Virus record (IMG/VR): IMGVR_UViG_3300042549_005585
Coordinates: 15,815 to 79,814 of that record
Direction: 5' to 3' (one strand)
From: a virus
DNA length: 64,000 bases
Position numbers and translations under genes: made by a program. A model generated the notes under the pieces. That model worked only from the letters and a program-made list of their open reading frames with translations, ran no database searches and was not told where the DNA came from. Each line of letters begins with the position of its first letter. Position 1 is the stretch's first letter. Below, one piece after another: positions 10,057 through 19,824 of the stretch.

Positions 10057-10701
10057 CTAGATAGGCTTTATGCAACATATCCCAGTTTGAGAACAAATAA
10101 TCTCAGATATTAACTGGTTGATTTTACCATATTTGCTAGGTTTAGCAATTGTTGTTGGGTCATATGACTCGTTCATTGTTCCACCTGTTGGACGCATAAA
10201 TGCACCTTGTGTAGATGGTGTTGATACAAAATCCCAACATAACAATTCGAAATCGTCTTGTACCTCTACTGTACCTTCACCTAATGGTTTAACTGAACCC
10301 ATACCACGAGATGAAATACCTACAGTAATATTATTAACAAATAACTGCTTTAAGATATTACCACTTGGTGTCGGTAATACTTCGATTCTACCCATTAAAT
10401 CATCTCCGTCCCACCATAATTTAGTAATGTTATGGCATACGTTTTTAAGATTGATAATAGATGAATCTGGGTGATCTAGTTCGCCTAATGCTCTATTTTC
10501 AGCGATAGGTCCACTAACATACTTTTCTACTTCACGTTTTAAAGTATCTTTAGGATAAACACGTCCATTTTGATTTTTAGCATCAGCACGTTGTACCACA
10601 CCCTCAACAATTAAGTTTTTAGATGGATTAAACTTCGCCTCATTCAATGATTGAGGTGATGGCTGGAATGAGAAATATTCTATTAAAACTTGTTTGGACA
10701 T
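10057..10701 (-). CDS. Prohead maturation protease, T4 gp21-like
   Basis: NQNGRVYP, ALGELDHP, GISSRGMGS, WDFVSTPS motifs. Confidence 0.93.
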   Translation of the reverse strand: MSKQVLIEYFSFQPSPQSLNEAKFNPSKNLIVEGVVQRADAKNQNGRVYPKDTLKREVEKYVSGPIAENRALGELDHPDSSIINLKNVCHNITKLWWDGDDLMGRIEVLPTPSGNILKQLFVNNITVGISSRGMGSVKPLGEGTVEVQDDFELLCWDFVSTPSTQGAFMRPTGGTMNESYDPTTIAKPSKYGKINQLISEIICSQTGICCIKPI

Positions 10702-10711
10702 GATTAGTATA

Positions 10712-11851
10712 TTATACGTCTGTTGTTGTTGTTTGAACTCCTTTTTTAGCTAAACTAGCTTGTATGTCTGATACTTGATTATCTGGTACTACATCAATAG
10801 TTGTTCCTGTAGTTTTAGACTTAATAAGTTTAGTTTCTTTCTTTAACTTAGCTTTGATTTTAGCAATATTTTTAGTTTTCTTATCTACTTCTACTTCTTC
10901 GTTCTCAGTTAAAAAAAAATCTTTGAATGAAACACCTTCTTTAACCACTTTTGGTTTACCAGGCATATCCATTACTTTGCTAATTCCTTTAGCTTTCTTA
11001 GGTGTCATAGTCATTTCCTTAACACCTTTTGGAGATGCAGTTCCTTGCTCTTTCTTACCTAAATTATCTTTAACATTTGCTTTAGCATTCTTACCAGCAC
11101 CTTTTTTCAACATTCCATCAGCAGTTGCTTGCATTCCTGGTTTGTTAGTTTCAGTTTCTTTAAAAGTGTAAGGTGATTTTTTAGCATTTAACGTTGTGTA
11201 GTAGTTAGAATCTTTAGCTAAATTTCTTAATGTTTTAGCTTTAGCTTTTTCTAAACCCTCATCAGTATAGTCATCAGAACATTCTAATTCATATTGAATA
11301 CCTAAACGGTATTGGTATGGATTAGCATGATCCGCGTCAAGCGCTTTTGGTTGTTTTTTCTTACCTTCTTGTAATGAATCAGACTCAGCAAATTCTCTTC
11401 TACGAGACTTATATCTGTCTTTGAATCTTAAAACATCCATTACATCGTCAACGTCATTATAGAAACCATAATGTTTCAATAAAGCGTCTTCTTCTCTTTC
11501 ATATAAGTTATTTTCAGCGAAGAATTTACCTAACATTTTTTTATCAACACTTGTACCCAATTCGTCAACATATATTTCAATATCTTCATCACTTACTGGT
11601 TCCAATTTTTCATCTACAGAAGTATCTTCATAAGACATTTCTTCCATAGGTGCTTCTTCAGTAGTATCTACTTTAATTTCTTCTACAGACTCACGGATAA
11701 TACCCTTGTTCTTAAGGATTTTAATAGCATCATCATATGATGTTACACTAATAATCCAAGGTAACTTAGCGTCACGTCTAACCTCGTATAAAAATTTCTC
11801 GCGACTTACCTCGCCTGCTTTATGCTTTTTGTATAAATCTATTGTTGTCAT
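10712..11851 (-). CDS. Putative internal head/core protein
   Basis: In head module; multiple I/L-x-E sites; GIQYELE...NLAKDSNYYT segment resembles the C-terminal module of 38807..40111. Confidence 0.5.
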   Translation of the reverse strand: MTTIDLYKKHKAGEVSREKFLYEVRRDAKLPWIISVTSYDDAIKILKNKGIIRESVEEIKVDTTEEAPMEEMSYEDTSVDEKLEPVSDEDIEIYVDELGTSVDKKMLGKFFAENNLYEREEDALLKHYGFYNDVDDVMDVLRFKDRYKSRRREFAESDSLQEGKKKQPKALDADHANPYQYRLGIQYELECSDDYTDEGLEKAKAKTLRNLAKDSNYYTTLNAKKSPYTFKETETNKPGMQATADGMLKKGAGKNAKANVKDNLGKKEQGTASPKGVKEMTMTPKKAKGISKVMDMPGKPKVVKEGVSFKDFFLTENEEVEVDKKTKNIAKIKAKLKKETKLIKSKTTGTTIDVVPDNQVSDIQASLAKKGVQTTTTDV

Positions 11852-11862
11852 ACTGATAAATA

Positions 11863-11991
11863 TTATCTTCCTTGGCCACGATACGCTTTAGGGCGTGGTG
11901 TGTGTTTGTTAAATGATTTTTGTGCTGATCCTATTTTGCGTTTACCGAATGAAACTTTGGTACTATTGCTTGCTGATTTTGCTTTAGCCAT
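11863..11991 (-). CDS. 42-aa basic protein ending YRGQGR (not in ORF track)
   Basis: MAKAKSASNSTKVSFGKRKIGSAQKSFNKHTPRPKAYRGQGR fills the intergenic gap. Confidence 0.7.
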   Translation of the reverse strand: MAKAKSASNSTKVSFGKRKIGSAQKSFNKHTPRPKAYRGQGR

Positions 11992-11997
11992 TATTTT

Positions 11998-12210
11998 TTA
12001 TTTTGGGTTATATAATCCTTGTCTTACAAGTGATTGGATAATAGCGAATACAGCATCTTGATCACTATACTCATAAAACTTAGCTAAATCCTTTACATAT
12101 CCTAATACTTTAGAATCAAGTTCAGGGTTAACAGCCTCTTTAACTTCCATATTTTCGTTTATGTTAGCCTTAGCGTTAAATACGAATTTTTTATAGTCAA
12201 AATTATCCAT
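11998..12210 (-). CDS. Small putative head protein with NFDYKKF leader
   Basis: N-terminus shared with 17283..17450 and 18136..18984. Confidence 0.6.
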   Translation of the reverse strand: MDNFDYKKFVFNAKANINENMEVKEAVNPELDSKVLGYVKDLAKFYEYSDQDAVFAIIQSLVRQGLYNPK

Positions 12211-12221
12211 TGTTATTTTAT

Positions 12222-12737
12222 TTAATATTCAGGGTTTCTATCTTTTTCATCAAACGCACCTTGTATGTAAGCGTATCTACTTTCATTTCCTCCATCCCAT
12301 ACATTGTAGTTTTCATCATCATCCTTTCCAGTAAAGAAAATAATATCATATACTTCATCATAAAACTTAGTGTCAGTAGCCATTAGTTTTTCAAATTTTT
12401 CTAATGTATTAGGTCTAAGTTTAAATGCTATATAATTATCAGCTCCTGGTTTGTTTATTTTATATTCTTTCCATAATTGCTTATAGTCTATTGCTTTAGA
12501 CTTACGGTTAGGAACAGAAGGAGCATTTGTGAAACCAAAATGAGATACAGCGTAATTATTTTTTACTTTACCTCCAGCAAGTTGTGGAGCGTCTTCTTTC
12601 TTGATTTTTTTAAATGCTTTAGCAGTAGCGATTTGTGGATTGGAAACACCAGGAGCAAAACCAGCACCTGTACCAGTACCAGACATTTCTTTTACTAGTT
12701 GTGTAGTATACTCCTTAATATATTTTCTAATGTCCAT
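12222..12737 (-). CDS. Putative head protein carrying a C-terminal EYKINKP module
   Basis: LWKEYKINKPG at 12447-12467. Confidence 0.6.
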   Translation of the reverse strand: MDIRKYIKEYTTQLVKEMSGTGTGAGFAPGVSNPQIATAKAFKKIKKEDAPQLAGGKVKNNYAVSHFGFTNAPSVPNRKSKAIDYKQLWKEYKINKPGADNYIAFKLRPNTLEKFEKLMATDTKFYDEVYDIIFFTGKDDDENYNVWDGGNESRYAYIQGAFDEKDRNPEY

Positions 12738-13595
12738 TTACTTAGATACTTTTTTTAATTCATCTAGTAACTCATGGTATTGTAATAATGAGATCATATG
12801 CTCATCTTTTACAGTTTTACCTTTAGGAACACCAACCATTAAATTCAATATCTCGTTTAGTTTGATCTGAGTAGTTTTGTCATCTAGTTTAGGAATGAAT
12901 GCTTGTAACTCAGCTTTTAAACCATTAACATTCTTGTTAACAAACTCACGTAGTTGTTCTGTATTAGAAATATTATTGATGAATTCTTTCAACACATTCT
13001 TTTGGGTAGTACTGAAATATGAATATTTGTCATTAAATTTCTCAATAAGTAATTTATAAGCCAAGATACGAATATCTTTATCAGCTCTTGTGAACTCATT
13101 GATGACAGCACTTTGAATTTTTTCTTCAGTCAATGGAATTTTTGTGATATGTTCCAACAATGTTAACTTATTAGTGACAATTGTTTTAGGATCATCAAAT
13201 TCCTTGCTGTTTTTAGACTCAATTAACGTAGAGATAGACGCTAATACTTTGTAATTATTGATCTTAGCCTTGAAGAAATCATCAAGATCGTAGTTCTTCT
13301 TGATCTCTTTGATCAAGTTGTACTTATCTTTGTTGATTTGCTCACGATTCAACTTAGTACTTAAATCAAGTACAGTATTAATCAATGACTCGGCTTTAGA
13401 CTCGCTCAACTTTTCAGCTGAAGCAATAGTATAATATAATTTATGCTCCTTGGCTAATTCGCTGTTGGAGAAAAATTTCTTAATGATTTTAACCGACGAT
13501 GAATCTTTGGCTGATAGCACATCAGATGCGATCTGGCGGACAAGTAATTCAAATAAAATACCTGTATTTTTAAATTTGCTGTGTTTGGCTTTCAT
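12738..13595 (-). CDS. Head-module protein (possible prohead core component)
   Basis: Helical protein directly downstream of the portal gene; own late-promoter motif. Confidence 0.55.
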   Translation of the reverse strand: MKAKHSKFKNTGILFELLVRQIASDVLSAKDSSSVKIIKKFFSNSELAKEHKLYYTIASAEKLSESKAESLINTVLDLSTKLNREQINKDKYNLIKEIKKNYDLDDFFKAKINNYKVLASISTLIESKNSKEFDDPKTIVTNKLTLLEHITKIPLTEEKIQSAVINEFTRADKDIRILAYKLLIEKFNDKYSYFSTTQKNVLKEFINNISNTEQLREFVNKNVNGLKAELQAFIPKLDDKTTQIKLNEILNLMVGVPKGKTVKDEHMISLLQYHELLDELKKVSK

Positions 13596-13629
13596 ATAAA
13601 GTTAATGCGCACTACTTATAAATATGTTA

Positions 13630-15561
13630 TTAATCAAGTTGCTCACGGATATTGTCCTCGTTTAACAAATCGCTCTGTTCAAATAACGTGATCTTGCGAT
13701 TAGCTTTAGGTGCGTTTGCTAATGCTGCTTTAAGACCAGCCAATGTTGATGATGCTTTTGCCTCCATCGCTAATGCTGAGTTGCCTTTGTAGCTAGCGCG
13801 CAATGTACCGTCTTCTTGGTCATCATTGCTCTTCATAAACTTATTACCTAAACGATCTTTACCTAATGGATCTTTTTGAGTACCAATAAATGATGGATGT
13901 TCAGTTGGTCTACCTTGTAATGGTTTAGGTTCGTTTGGATTAGTTTCATCAAATCCTACAGGAACTTCATTATTTGCATTATATCGACCCGTACCGTAAG
14001 CAGTAGCCAATTGTGATGGTGTACCGTAGGCTTGACCAGAATCATATGGATCATTACCCTCAGTTTGTATTTGGTCTAGGCGGAATTTAGTTTTCTTATC
14101 TTCAACCAATTGATCACGTAAGTCATCCATTTGTTCTTCACTCATGTGGAATAAATGCTCATAAATCCAACTAGTTGGCATTAATTCTTTATCAATCATG
14201 TTACCTGCTAAGTCAACCTTTTGAGCGAGTAACGCCATACGTTCTTGATCATATATAATTGATGGTGTAGTTAAGTCTAACTCAAAGTTAGTTAATGACT
14301 CACCTTCATATCCCTGAACATATAAGTGTACAATAGCGATTTTGTATAATTCTGATAGTACAATACGTTGAATACGTTCAACTGTACGAGCAAAACGAAT
14401 ATCTTCAGCGGCAAGTGTTGCTTTACCAGATAAATCTTTCTCGTAACCCATAAATGCTTTAGGTATCTTAAGAGCAGCAAATAACTTATCACGTAAGTAA
14501 GCAACGTCATCAATACCATTATATTCTAATCCTTTAGTAGTATCAATACGAGTTGAACTATCATTACCACGAACAGGAATATAAAAATCCTCCATCGTGT
14601 TCTGCATATTGTACTTAAGATTGTATTGGCCAGTTTGAGGATCAATATAAGGAACTTTCTTCATCTTATTGACCATCTTCTGCATGTAGTTTTCTACTTC
14701 ATTTGGTGGGATAGAACCTACGTTAACATAGAAAACACGTTTTTCAGGAGCGCGAACAATTCTATGAATCAACATTGCATCTTCCATCAAAACATATTGT
14801 TTGAATATTTTACGTCCTGGTTCTAAGTAACTTCTGCCATATGGTAAAAAGTTAACATCACTTAATAGACGGAAGTGAGCCATTTCATAGTTCTCAAAGT
14901 AAATACCTTCAGCTCCACCTAACATAGCATTTGGAGGTATAACTCCATATCCCATAGTTGTACCAGCAACCGATGTAGGATCGTACTTAAAACGCACATA
15001 GGTTGGGTTTTTAACGTCTACTCCCTCCTCTCGTATAATTGCATATGCTGAGAAAGGTATGACGTTATATACGCCGAATTTTTCTGATATTTCTAATTTA
15101 AGATAAAAATCACCGTACTTACACATGTTTCTAGTCCATGACCATAAGTTAAACTCGATGTTTAACACGTCATAAAACAAGTTACGTAATATTTTCTGTA
15201 CGTTTTCGTCTGATGATTTGATATGAATAACTTCACCGAAGTCATTCTTTAAAGTACATTCGTCAGCAATGATATCAAGCGCAGATGCTACGATAGCGTC
15301 TGTATCCATTGCTTCATAGTCTGTGTATAATTGAACACGTAAGGTTTGGTAGTTTAAAACGTTGTTAAGGTTATAAACTCCTGCGCCTGATGTTGTATAT
15401 ATTTTGGTAAAGCGGTCAACTAATGCGTTTGTTTGCAACGCACCTAACGATTGTATTCGGTCAGTATCAACTACTTTTAGTTGATCACCACCAACGTTTC
15501 TAATAATAACATCAGATGAGAATAATCGTTTTAACCTACCAAAGAGTGATGTATCAGCCAT
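13630..15561 (-). CDS. Portal protein, T4 gp20-like
   Basis: MEDAMLIHRIVRAPEKRVFYVNVG, EDFYIPVR, EDIRFARTVERIQ motifs. Confidence 0.93.
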   Translation of the reverse strand: MADTSLFGRLKRLFSSDVIIRNVGGDQLKVVDTDRIQSLGALQTNALVDRFTKIYTTSGAGVYNLNNVLNYQTLRVQLYTDYEAMDTDAIVASALDIIADECTLKNDFGEVIHIKSSDENVQKILRNLFYDVLNIEFNLWSWTRNMCKYGDFYLKLEISEKFGVYNVIPFSAYAIIREEGVDVKNPTYVRFKYDPTSVAGTTMGYGVIPPNAMLGGAEGIYFENYEMAHFRLLSDVNFLPYGRSYLEPGRKIFKQYVLMEDAMLIHRIVRAPEKRVFYVNVGSIPPNEVENYMQKMVNKMKKVPYIDPQTGQYNLKYNMQNTMEDFYIPVRGNDSSTRIDTTKGLEYNGIDDVAYLRDKLFAALKIPKAFMGYEKDLSGKATLAAEDIRFARTVERIQRIVLSELYKIAIVHLYVQGYEGESLTNFELDLTTPSIIYDQERMALLAQKVDLAGNMIDKELMPTSWIYEHLFHMSEEQMDDLRDQLVEDKKTKFRLDQIQTEGNDPYDSGQAYGTPSQLATAYGTGRYNANNEVPVGFDETNPNEPKPLQGRPTEHPSFIGTQKDPLGKDRLGNKFMKSNDDQEDGTLRASYKGNSALAMEAKASSTLAGLKAALANAPKANRKITLFEQSDLLNEDNIREQLD

Positions 15562-15599
15562 TAATTATTTTGTTTGTATGAGTATAAATATTTACCGTA

Positions 15600-17192
15600 T
15601 TATCTAATCAACCAATCCATATCCTCCGTACCATGACCTGTGTCCATCTGCCATGGGTTTAAGTAACTTCCATTAGATGTATGGCGGTATACAGAATTAT
15701 CATTATATCCTGTTTTCATCATACCTCCTACACTCACTTTAGATAGATCTAAACCTGTTTGTCTATAACGTAATGCTGTATCTCGTAAGAATAAACCAAT
15801 ACCTAAAGACATCACCAAGTCATCATTATAGCCATCTAAAGCTTGTGCTTTACCATTCTTCCATACAAATGTTCTTAGTTCCTCAAGTGTACGTTTTGAT
15901 TGAATAACGCAACTCTTCTCGTGAATGTATGAAACCATCTTTGAGATAACAAGTGGTCTTGTCTTTAAGGAGTTAGTAAATCCAGGAACCATACCTTCAT
16001 CACGATCAAATCTATTCAAATACATTTCAACGTTAGTCATAGCAATATCTGAACGTGGTGAGTAATATAAATTGCGATATCCACGCTCAATAGCAGTTTG
16101 GATAACATCCCAACCAATATTGGCGTTTTCAATTACTAATAATGCGTCATTATATTCAGTGGCTAATCCAATTAAGAAATTTCCATAGTCACGAGTACCA
16201 ACTTGTCCTTTATATTCAGCTACTTGTTTAGCATCTTCTACATCAATAACATGACATGCAGAATAGTCTTTACTATCACCTCTAGCTACGTCAGCTACAA
16301 CCATATATGTTTTAGAGTAGTCTGGTGATTCCCAAATCCATAAGTTTCCATCAAATCCTCTTCTTTCCATAGGCTCAACCATAAATGTTTCCATATAAAA
16401 GTTAAGCATAGGAGGTTCTACTACTGTATCTCCTGAAGTACTAAAGTCACAATCACACTCCTGAGCAGCGTTTCTAAGTCCTAGAATATCATCTTGCTCA
16501 TCTCTCCATTTTTGATCTCGTTCTGGGTGTACAGTCCAAGGTAATTTAATAGCAATAAAGCCATTTGATCCTTGTTCAGCGCCAATAAACGTTCTATGGA
16601 ACCAGTTACCTGTACCATATGGAGTTGATATAGCAATACATTGACCTCCAGTGGCTAAGGTTTGTTGAGCAGAAGCGAATATCTCATCAATACCCTCAAT
16701 GAAGGCAGCCTCATCTAATAATAGTAAGGACACGGCTTCAGATCTACCTGCATCTGCAGTTGCACCAACAGCTTTAATTTGAGAACCATTTGATAAACGG
16801 AGTGATAACTTATTATCCTCATCTGCTTTTACTTTAAGCCAATTAGGTAAGTTATTATAGGCAAAACGCACTTTAGTAACCATATTTTTAGCAGTTTCCT
16901 GCTTAGTAGCGATACAAAGTATATTCTTGTCCTTATGAAATAACATTAGCCATAAAGCATATGCTGATGATAAGGTAGAGATACCTAACTGTCTTGATTT
17001 ATTTACTACGTTGTAAGTATTCTTTTGAAATAAACGTAATACTTTTTCTTGGAAAGGATATAAATTAAATTGGATTCTACCACGCTTAGGGTGTTGAATC
17101 ATATAATACTTCTTCATGAAGTGAACAGGATCTGTAGCACACTTAATATACTCCTGTTTAATTATCTCCTTAATATTTTGCTGTTCGCTCAT
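15600..17192 (-). CDS. terL: Terminase large subunit, T4 gp17-like
   Basis: KSRQLGIST Walker A, LLLLDEAAF Walker B, STPYG, DVARG and DDLVM nuclease motifs. Confidence 0.95.
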   Translation of the reverse strand: MSEQQNIKEIIKQEYIKCATDPVHFMKKYYMIQHPKRGRIQFNLYPFQEKVLRLFQKNTYNVVNKSRQLGISTLSSAYALWLMLFHKDKNILCIATKQETAKNMVTKVRFAYNNLPNWLKVKADEDNKLSLRLSNGSQIKAVGATADAGRSEAVSLLLLDEAAFIEGIDEIFASAQQTLATGGQCIAISTPYGTGNWFHRTFIGAEQGSNGFIAIKLPWTVHPERDQKWRDEQDDILGLRNAAQECDCDFSTSGDTVVEPPMLNFYMETFMVEPMERRGFDGNLWIWESPDYSKTYMVVADVARGDSKDYSACHVIDVEDAKQVAEYKGQVGTRDYGNFLIGLATEYNDALLVIENANIGWDVIQTAIERGYRNLYYSPRSDIAMTNVEMYLNRFDRDEGMVPGFTNSLKTRPLVISKMVSYIHEKSCVIQSKRTLEELRTFVWKNGKAQALDGYNDDLVMSLGIGLFLRDTALRYRQTGLDLSKVSVGGMMKTGYNDNSVYRHTSNGSYLNPWQMDTGHGTEDMDWLIR

Positions 17193-17223
17193 ATAACGGG
17201 GTTGTGTATATAAATATATAAGA

Positions 17224-17275
17224 GGAGCCTAACCTTAGCGGTCAGGCTCCAGAGCCATAATACTGAGACTATGGC
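17224..17275 (-). terminator. Tandem hairpins (terminator or structured RNA) upstream of the terminase promoter
   Basis: GCCATAGT/ATTATGGC and GGAGCCTGACC/GGTTAGGCTCC stems. Confidence 0.55.
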
Positions 17276-17282
17276 GGGGCAA

Positions 17283-17450
17283 TTATTTTCCTGAAAGACG
17301 TTGTTTAATCCTGTTTGGATCTATTTTTTTAGTGTCTGTTTTTGTACTAGTTAGGGGCTTTTTTGTTTCAGCTGTTTCCTTCATTGCTTTAGAATAAGGA
17401 CCTAACTTATTGTCTTGTAAATACTTCTTGTAATCGAAATTGTCTGCCAT
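17283..17450 (-). CDS. 55-aa basic protein with NFDYKKY leader (not in ORF track)
   Basis: MADNFDYKKYLQDNKLGPYSKAMKE...RLSGK, translated by hand. Confidence 0.7.
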   Translation of the reverse strand: MADNFDYKKYLQDNKLGPYSKAMKETAETKKPLTSTKTDTKKIDPNRIKQRLSGK

Positions 17451-17455
17451 ATTGT

Positions 17456-18130
17456 TTATTTTGCAATCATTAAGTATACTAAACCACCAACTACAACTCC
17501 AGCTCCAATCTTAGTGATTTTGTTTTTGAACTTAAGTTTCTGGTTTTGTAAGTATATTTGATTGTATTGGTTTTTCCAATCTTTGATCTGTATGTCTTGA
17601 TTAAACATAATATTTTTGTATGTGCCTTCTTTTTTAGTAAATAAAGCAATAACACTATCTTTACCATTTACTCTTGATTCAGTTAATGCAATAACACTAT
17701 CTTTAAATGTAATTATTTGTTTTGCACCATCTAATTCTACCAAATCCTTAGCAACATACGTTAATACTGGTTGTGCTATAGGTAATTTATTAGTTACAGT
17801 ATCTTTAGGGTAGCGGTTGTTGAAGAAAGTAACTAATTCTTTTTCATTGTATGTATCAACTGCTGCTTTAGATGAGTCAACAAACTGAATTACTTTAATT
17901 ACTTTACCTTTAGCATGAACTAACTTGTCTTGTAATTGTTCATCAACTACTACTAATGAATCTATTGCTTTATCTTTTTCAGCGATATCTAATTTCATTG
18001 AGTCAACAGCTTGTACTAAACTGTCTTGTTTTTGTATAAATTCTTTTGACAAACCAGCATCTCCGATTTTGTCAAATACAATATACCCTACTACTAGTAA
18101 GGCTAAAATTCCTAAAACTACTTTTTTCAT
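17456..18130 (-). CDS. Membrane-anchored coiled-coil protein (spanin-like candidate)
   Basis: N-terminal TM/signal segment, coiled coil, C-terminal hydrophobic segment. Confidence 0.5.
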   Translation of the reverse strand: MKKVVLGILALLVVGYIVFDKIGDAGLSKEFIQKQDSLVQAVDSMKLDIAEKDKAIDSLVVVDEQLQDKLVHAKGKVIKVIQFVDSSKAAVDTYNEKELVTFFNNRYPKDTVTNKLPIAQPVLTYVAKDLVELDGAKQIITFKDSVIALTESRVNGKDSVIALFTKKEGTYKNIMFNQDIQIKDWKNQYNQIYLQNQKLKFKNKITKIGAGVVVGGLVYLMIAK

Positions 18131-18135
18131 ATATT

Positions 18136-18984
18136 TTATTTTATAATTCCAGCGTAATATTTCATTTTATTAATGATATACTCATCTAATTGTTCCTCAT
18201 CACTTGGTTCTTCTCCTGGTTCTTCAATTGGTGGAGGTGGAGGAGCTGATTGAGCATCTATTTTTTGCAGATATGATGATTTAGATACTAGATCAGCAAT
18301 ACGTTGTTCTAATGATACTTTCAAGTCACGTAAACGTTGTAATTCATCACTTGGTCTATCCTTAATATCTCCAGCTGTTGGTCTTGATTTTCTTAATGAT
18401 AAGATATTTCCTCTAGTCGCAGCTAAACGACGTTGTAATTCACTATACTTTAATGAGTCCTCAAAATCTTGATCTGATATTTTAGGAGCAAGGATTGGTT
18501 CTGCTTTTTCTATCTCATCATCTGATGGTTCCTCTTCTGGTTCTTCCTCGTCTGATTTTCTTTTGCTTAGTTTAGTTGTACCAACAAACAAATCATCTTC
18601 ATTATCAGGTAAATCTAACACATCATCTTCGCTTGGTTCTTCTTCTGGTTCTTCTTCTGGTTGAACTGAAGTTGAGCGTAATAGATTTTGTTTTAGGTCT
18701 GGGATTAGAGTGAATGACTTTCCAGGTACTGTTTCTTTCTCTATTTTACTCTTTAACAATTCAATCTCCATTGGTTCAACACCTTGATCAGCTGCTTGTG
18801 AAACAAAATAATTGATGATTTGTTGACGTCTATCATCCTTGTAATCAGATGGATTCTTAATTCTGTTTTCCAAGTCAGGAAACTCAGGATTAAGTTTATA
18901 TTTTTCCTTTGCTATTCTAGCCAATTCACTAACGCGAAATGACTGCTGCTCAGTTACGAATTTTTTATAATCAAAATCTGCCAT
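18136..18984 (-). CDS. Acidic putative internal head protein
   Basis: DFDYKKF leader, EEPEEEP repeats, scaffold-like C-terminus (YAGIIK). Confidence 0.55.
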   Translation of the reverse strand: MADFDYKKFVTEQQSFRVSELARIAKEKYKLNPEFPDLENRIKNPSDYKDDRRQQIINYFVSQAADQGVEPMEIELLKSKIEKETVPGKSFTLIPDLKQNLLRSTSVQPEEEPEEEPSEDDVLDLPDNEDDLFVGTTKLSKRKSDEEEPEEEPSDDEIEKAEPILAPKISDQDFEDSLKYSELQRRLAATRGNILSLRKSRPTAGDIKDRPSDELQRLRDLKVSLEQRIADLVSKSSYLQKIDAQSAPPPPPIEEPGEEPSDEEQLDEYIINKMKYYAGIIK

Positions 18985-18993
18985 GATTTGTGT

Positions 18994-19512
18994 TTATATA
19001 TTTTTTAATATTGTTTGCATTCTATCATATGTTGAACCACTAATAACAACTAATTTCTTAGGTGGAAATAATGATAACAAACGAAGTATTTCTTGGTTGA
19101 TATTAGTTCTGTACTCTAAATTAGTTTCACGTACACCATTATCTTCCATATTAGTACCAATAGGATCGATATAAAATACGACATCATATTGATCACGCAA
19201 TAACATTGCAGTGTTAACTAACGTCGATTTATACGCGCTATCTACCGATTTAGCCAGCATAGTAAATGCAGATACATCCCATACTGTTCTATCTGTAATT
19301 AAATCTTTATGTAGTAACTCACCAGAACGTTCAGCGATGAATAATAGTTGACCGTTTATAGTTGAATCTGTATTTAATGGTACACCTAAGTCACGCAAAT
19401 ACTTGCTACGTTCAGTAGCAATATGATAATGTTCAAGTTCAGGTAGTTCAGCCAACGCTTTTACAAGTGTTGTCTTACCAACTGACATAGTTCCGCATAA
19501 TCCTATTTTCAT
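18994..19512 (-). CDS. P-loop nucleotide kinase/ATPase (NadR/AAA_28-like)
   Basis: GTMSVGKTT, ITDRTVWD, EDNGVR motifs. Confidence 0.8.
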   Translation of the reverse strand: MKIGLCGTMSVGKTTLVKALAELPELEHYHIATERSKYLRDLGVPLNTDSTINGQLLFIAERSGELLHKDLITDRTVWDVSAFTMLAKSVDSAYKSTLVNTAMLLRDQYDVVFYIDPIGTNMEDNGVRETNLEYRTNINQEILRLLSLFPPKKLVVISGSTYDRMQTILKNI

Positions 19513-19542
19513 AATGTGTATTTGGTAATGTATAAATATTGA

Positions 19543-19779
19543 TTAAAGACGTGTTTCAAATTTCGGATCTTTTGCTGGTGGTACACCATTCACATCACGT
19601 TTACGATCTGTCCATTGATCTTTAGTGTATTGAAACCCAAATAACCAATATTCTTTTTTACCATCTGGATGTATGACTGCAACGTCATCCCAATTGTGCA
19701 ATTTACCATTCCAAACATAAACGACAGTTCCATCCGGTTTCTTTAGTCGTTTTGTTGGTTCTAAAATTTTCTTCGCCAT
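19543..19779 (-). CDS. Small hypothetical protein (GKLHN...PDGKKEYW repeat type)
   Basis: ORF with an upstream host-type promoter. Confidence 0.6.
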   Translation of the reverse strand: MAKKILEPTKRLKKPDGTVVYVWNGKLHNWDDVAVIHPDGKKEYWLFGFQYTKDQWTDRKRDVNGVPPAKDPKFETRL

Positions 19780-19788
19780 ATTTTCTTA

Positions 19789-19820
19789 TAAAGGTAGGAA
19801 AAATAGTGTTGAAGGCCAAA
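19789..19820 (-). promoter_or_regulatory. Bacteroidota-type sigma70 promoter
   Basis: TTTG-N20-TACCTTTA on the coding strand. Confidence 0.6.
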
Positions 19821-19824
19821 CTAT

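Noticed and set aside
15600-17192. Intron or intein in terminase
   Set aside because: Continuous 530-aa ORF of normal size without splicing motifs
17224-17280. tRNA or known ribozyme
   Set aside because: Only two hairpins; no cloverleaf, T-loop or recognisable catalytic core
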